From assembly GCF_006345805.1 (NCBI RefSeq), contig NW_021832430.1, positions 310,001 to 374,000 of the forward strand: 64,000 nt of DNA. Direction: 5' to 3'. Position 1 is the stretch's first letter; each line of letters opens with the position of its first letter. Source of the stretch: Octopus sinensis. Its lineage: Eukaryota. Below, one piece after another: positions 59,150 to 64,000 of this stretch. Position numbers and translations under genes: made by a program. Below the pieces are notes generated by a model, which worked only from the letters and a program-made list of their open reading frames with translations, was not told the origin of the DNA and made no database searches.

Positions 59150-59270
59150 TTTGCATGATTTCGAAGAAAAGAAAACCGAGTTCTGATTTCGCAAATTACA
59201 GACTAATCAGCCTTATATATTCATGGAAATCATGGAAAAAATTGTTTTTGAAGATTATCAATTGCAATTT
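59150..59270 (+). mobile_element. LINE RT fragment, empty-site paralog of the Merlin insertion
   Basis: Matches 32725-32782 joined to 33523-33590 (GCAAATTACAGACTAATCAGCCTTA). Confidence 0.75.
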
Positions 59271-59810
59271 TAAATGCTAGATTTGATCATCTTAAGTGTT
59301 AATTTTTTTAATATAAATGCTAGATTTTGTGATTTTTTAGAGCTAAAAATTTTTTCAAGTGCTAGAAAAAACTTGCCCTAGTCATTACAGTTGTGATAAA
59401 CTTCATTTTCAAAATAAAACCCAATTCATCGAAAATAACAGATACCTAAAATCAGCCTTTCTATTCAAAGGAACACAACGTGCTCCGCAAAGATACTGAT
59501 GCTAAGTATGTACTCAAATCGTCTTTCAAAATTTTTAGATCTTGTTTTTTTGATAACTTACTCACTAAAAATTGATTTATCTTTACAAAATTATCAAAAT
59601 TAGTTAATAATCAACATATTAGACACACACGGAGAACAAATCTACTTTCAATTAATCGGAAGTAATCCGAATAATATGTTGTTCGTTTTCTTCCTGAAAC
59701 AAAATTTCAAATTCTGTATATACTCATCACCGGAAAGCTTATATATAATTATTTGATATCCCTCCACGATTGTGTTAATTAAATATATTATATTAGTAAT
59801 AGAGGATGTA

Positions 59811-62800
59811 TTATTTATTAAAATAAGAAATAACATCAGCCCAACAACGAGAAGGCATTCGAATCTCCAATTCAAAAAGACTAGTATTTTCCTCTACAAA
59901 AATAAAAAAACCCCAAACTATTGACATCATTGCGTTTCATTTTTTCCTCAAAATAAAAAATTGAAATAGAACCTGGACATAATTCGCCAACTGAGAGCAA
60001 TTAAGTTCAATCGACACAATACGCGTATTCTCATCATTGAGATAGCAACAGGCTATCAAAGTCGGATAGAGCACATCAATGAGGCGAAAATCAGAAAAAT
60101 ATTTAAAAGGCAGATTGCAAAGCTGTTGGAGAATGGTCGGAGATTTTCCGGACTGTATTATTTCCTAAGAACTCAACCCACATAAATCAGCCTGGTTGGT
60201 GTTATTAAGACTGGCAAATTGACCGATCAAAAGTATTATCGAATGCAGCAAATCATCGGAGGAGGAATTGGCACAACAGAATTGCATTAAATTACTTACA
60301 ATATATCTGAATTGAAGCCAAACTATATCGTCACTCACAGCAGACTGTATATGACAACACATTAAGCAACCTGTAAACTAGCAATGTCCAAAACAGCATA
60401 GCTATTCAAGAAACTAAACGAGAGGAGAGACAATTCAAAAATGTCGTTTGAAATTGACTGGAGGGTGAACTCGTTATGTTCATATTCCAACAAAGTTCTG
60501 TGCAAAAGATCAATTGACTCAAATCCTCGGGTCAAACGAAACACAACAGAAAAGTCCGTTCGGCGCCGAAATGTCCCTGCTGGTCTCGACCAAGTCACAA
60601 GGGCAGAAAGAAGATCGAGAGAGGCTTTCAAAAAACTGAAGCAATTTTTTATATCCTCGACCATTCTGAGTGTACAGGAAATATACTGAGGAACCGACAA
60701 ATTTATCAAATAACTAAAATATAATATTGCAAGAAACGTGAAAATGGTGATTCCGTGTGATATTACAGCATTATCCACGTTACCTACAGACGATTTGAAG
60801 ACAAATGCCAATATTTTGAGACCAAAAATGCAGCAGGAGTCTTCTGTAATGGCCAATGTGCTACACTCCTCGGAGTGATACCACTAAAAATGTTATTCAC
60901 AATTTTACTGAAAATTTTTGAAGAAGCAAATGAATTATGGCCATCAGTTCAGTAGACATGAAAACTGTTAAACCACTTTCTGGAATATTTTCTAATGCGA
61001 GGTAAATTATTTGAAGACATAATGACTCAAGTCTAAAATCATTAATTTTTATAAAAAATATGAAAAATTAAAAACGTAATACTTTGACGATAAAAGGGAA
61101 CGAAAATAAATCATTGTATGTTCTTTCGTTAGCGAATGAAATAATATTTTAAACCCTCCGTAACCATTAAAAAGTTTTCCAAAATGATCCTTCAATTTAG
61201 CCGTATTCTAAAAATTAAAATAATTGATCACATTAATCACACGAACAAGCTCGTTAAAATTCCTCTCTAACCCAGTAGCATCATCAGATGCAGAACTAGC
61301 ACACCTTTTCTGAATACTCTTAAGATTAAAGGCCAATCTAAATAATTCAGTAGGAAGAAGTCTGACCTGTATTCAACAGATTTTTTATCGCCGAACACCC
61401 GTCCAGGAATACTTCCACCGGATAAGGGCGTCGAGCTAACAAAGCGTTCAACAATTAAAAAACCCCTCAATATAGTTTTGTAGAAGGTCGGAATATTTAT
61501 TTTCAATAAGATCTTTGTGTGTTTTCACAGCATCGTCTACCAACAATTCTTGAATACTTTTTTCATCGGCGTCACCGATAATCTCTGCCCGGTCAATAAC
61601 ATCACTGTGTTTCTCGTCCAAATGGTCAAGCAAATACACTTCCGAAGAGATCTGCTTACAGAATGACACATCATACCACAGTGTTGCATACAGTGCACAT
61701 TCTCCAACACGGTTTGTATACTTTGGACTCACTTTGAATACTAGAAAGTTGATTAGCCCTGTTTGTGCGGACTAAGTTCGTGTGTCGAGACTTTCGCTCA
61801 TTTTCCTAAGCTTGAATCAGCCAAAATACCTTCGCCTCGATTTTCTCACGAAGAGCCACCAGTTTTTGTTCCTTCTCTGCATTTAAAACAGCCATTCGTA
61901 GTTCATGACCTCTATTTAAATAGTAATAAACATAATCACTACTACACACAAATCTTATATAACCCTTTTAGGGTAAAAAAATAACGTGCAAAAACAATTT
62001 TTTACTTTTCTTTAGAGCGTTGTGACTCTTTGTATTCGATTTTTCTTTTTCTGCATTCTTCCTGGAATCGCGATTGCCGTTGCTGTTTTCGCTCTTGTCG
62101 TGTCTTAAGCTTCGAAATTCGCTGGGTCTCCTGTTCTTCCCGACGGGCAGTGACAGCTGCCAATTTTTCGGTATGTTCGTCTTGTCGTCTCTGCCTTTCC
62201 TCTTGCATGTCACGCAATCTGAGCTCTGAAACAGACATTTTCTGGTTCAAATCAAAACGCCTGTTCTCAATGTCAAGACTGTTCATAAAAGCAACTTCGT
62301 CAATCTTTAAATTGAATGTAATGACCCACTTTTTCGTCTTCTTCTCGTGCCTTGTCGACTATTTTCTGCAATTCCCGGTGACGCTTTTCTTCCGCGTTCT
62401 TCATTTTACGTTCCAAGGCTTCTCGCTGGTCCTCGGCTAACCTTTTTTTGTAAGACCTGACTAAAGCTATCTTTTATAGTCCCCCTTTTCAAATACCTTC
62501 TGTCTAAGAATTTTGATCGTTTCCCGCCTTTCAGCCAAAATCTTTTCCCTGTATTTTGCTGCTCTCTCAAATTTCTCGTCTAATTTACTCAGCAATGTTT
62601 GTCTGTAAATTAATAACTTCAGAAAAGTAACTCTTCGGTGTCGTCCTCGTCGCATGTGGTGGGTGTGGAAGCACATGAAGCAGACTGGAAGTATTCAATC
62701 TCAGCAGATAGTTGCAAATCGTGCTGGTTAAGGGACTTGAGGGTGAGTTCGTTCATAGACTCTAGCTTAGACCCCAACTCATCCTCATATCCGTACATTT

Positions 62801-63050
62801 CTCTCATCACCTTCAAATATCAAATCCGATCTCACTTCCAAAAGATTGTTTGTTTTGGTTACAGTATTTTCAGCCGAACTTGCTTGATCCTTTACACAAG
62901 TTGTTTCCACCAATTCGTCAGTCTTCGGGGGGTCCTCGGTAGAATGAGGTGTCGGTGGAGCGATTTGAGGACTAAATTAATAAAATCAGCTTTACTAGAA
63001 TGGAATATAACACCATATATAATACGGGACGAAACATACGGGGACTAGAT
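59811..63050 (-). CDS. SCAPER: SCAPER-like protein, multi-exon with micro-introns (5' end uncertain)
   Basis: Coiled coil AFMNSLDIENRRFD...EERQRRQ, zinc-finger ISSEVYLLDH, C-terminal TILQQLCNLPFKYFSDFRLIDVLYPTLIACCY and RMPSRCWADVISYFNK*. Confidence 0.85.
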
Positions 63051-64000
63051 TATGAACAGCTCTACTCAATACAATCATCACTAATAAAAACCGGTCGTTA
63101 GGAAATTTACATCGAATAATGTTTTGTAATGAAAATATCGACCTTTTAAGTATTGACAGAATATCCTATAAATGTGATTTTCAAATATGTCAACTTTGCT
63201 GAAAATTAAATCGTTTGTTGACTGGGTATGGGTAATCACCTCTTTTAATAATTCTTCAAGTTTTGATAATAAATGACTGTTATTATTTTGGATGGGGGAC
63301 GTCATTGAAGTTAACACATCATGTTATTTAGAAACATAGTTTATTTAAACTAATAATTAATTATATTTAGATTATTAATTGTCTATATTAATCAAAAATT
63401 CAAGTGTTATCCAAAAAAGATTAAGGCCTTAAAACCTACAGTGCCAAAGTATTTTTACAACAATAGTAAATAAAGCAATCGTTTGCAGGAAAATTCTCCT
63501 TTCTGTGACAAGTTTTATTAGACATGTACTCAGAAAAACCAGGTTAGTAGATCGAGCATATTAACTAAGTTCAGGCCAAATAATCTTAGATAAACATGTC
63601 ACATTTTCAAACAAACTATAACTATAATAAATGTTGTAAACAAGCATTAAATGAATTGAATATTATAATAAACGTTTAAAACATAAAATTATAAAAAATC
63701 GTATCTTGCAATCGTCTTAGGGTTTATTCCACTTAGCTACAAATAATATGCCCACAAAACTACTTTTCATCGTCTGAGATATGGTAGTGTTCATAGAAAG
63801 AGTTTTCTTGGACAATTTAATTACTTTCCGATGATCATAACCTCATCTTAACAAATTCTAAAAATCAAACCAATAGTTTTCGATGATTTCACAAAATGAA
63901 GACCGTCATTTAGATTCCAACACGAATCATCAAAAATCGGCAATGATTCTAACAGAAATGGACTCTCTTAAGACAATACCAGGCTCCTGGTCGTATGAAA

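Noticed and set aside
8608-63050. Ciliate origin or non-standard genetic code suggested by tiny introns
   Set aside because: Conserved genes end in TAA, TAG or TGA with no in-frame reassigned stops, and gene content (Shaker T1 channel, C-type lectin receptor, ZCCHC14-like) is animal-like.
63081-63317. ORF as first exon of SCAPER or a separate gene
   Set aside because: No recognisable motif and no clean splice path found by eye; left uncalled.

Overview
AT-rich eukaryotic (metazoan) nuclear DNA in the standard genetic code; no prokaryotic features, CRISPR, rRNA or convincing tRNA. The window alternates between two compartments. (1) Compact gene islands packed with 22-32-nt spliceosomal micro-introns: HSDL2-like SDR, C-type lectin receptor, ACTL6/BAF53, UBAP2-like, a multipass membrane protein, RAD6/UBE2A, RSPH4/6, ZCCHC14-like and SCAPER, plus an intronless Shaker-type K+ channel. 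(2) Pile-ups of nested transposons. Micro-introns together with animal and ciliary genes point to a dicyemid mesozoan or a similarly reduced animal; this is inference. The dominant mobile elements are many subfamilies of CRE-like non-LTR retrotransposons (RT + CCHC + restriction-like endonuclease, RLE). R4/Dong-like, RTE and Jockey/I-like LINEs and Ginger2/Tdd, hAT-Buster, Merlin and pogo DNA transposons are also present. Most striking observations: (a) a CRE copy capped at its 5' end by an 86-bp inverted copy of its own 3' end inside a 13-14-bp TSD, and several other CRE 5' junctions with iterative template-jump signatures; (b) an apparently full-length CRE-like element with an N-terminal PHD finger, poly(A) and a 12-bp TSD; (c) Ginger transposase genes carrying host-type 24-26-nt introns, one with palindromic TIRs and one with a subterminal TTAGGG/GGATAA telomere-like array; (d) a Kv1-like channel whose S4 has lost most gating charges and an HSDL2 with catalytic Tyr replaced by Phe. 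Exon structures were parsed by eye and family assignments rest on motif recognition, not database searches.
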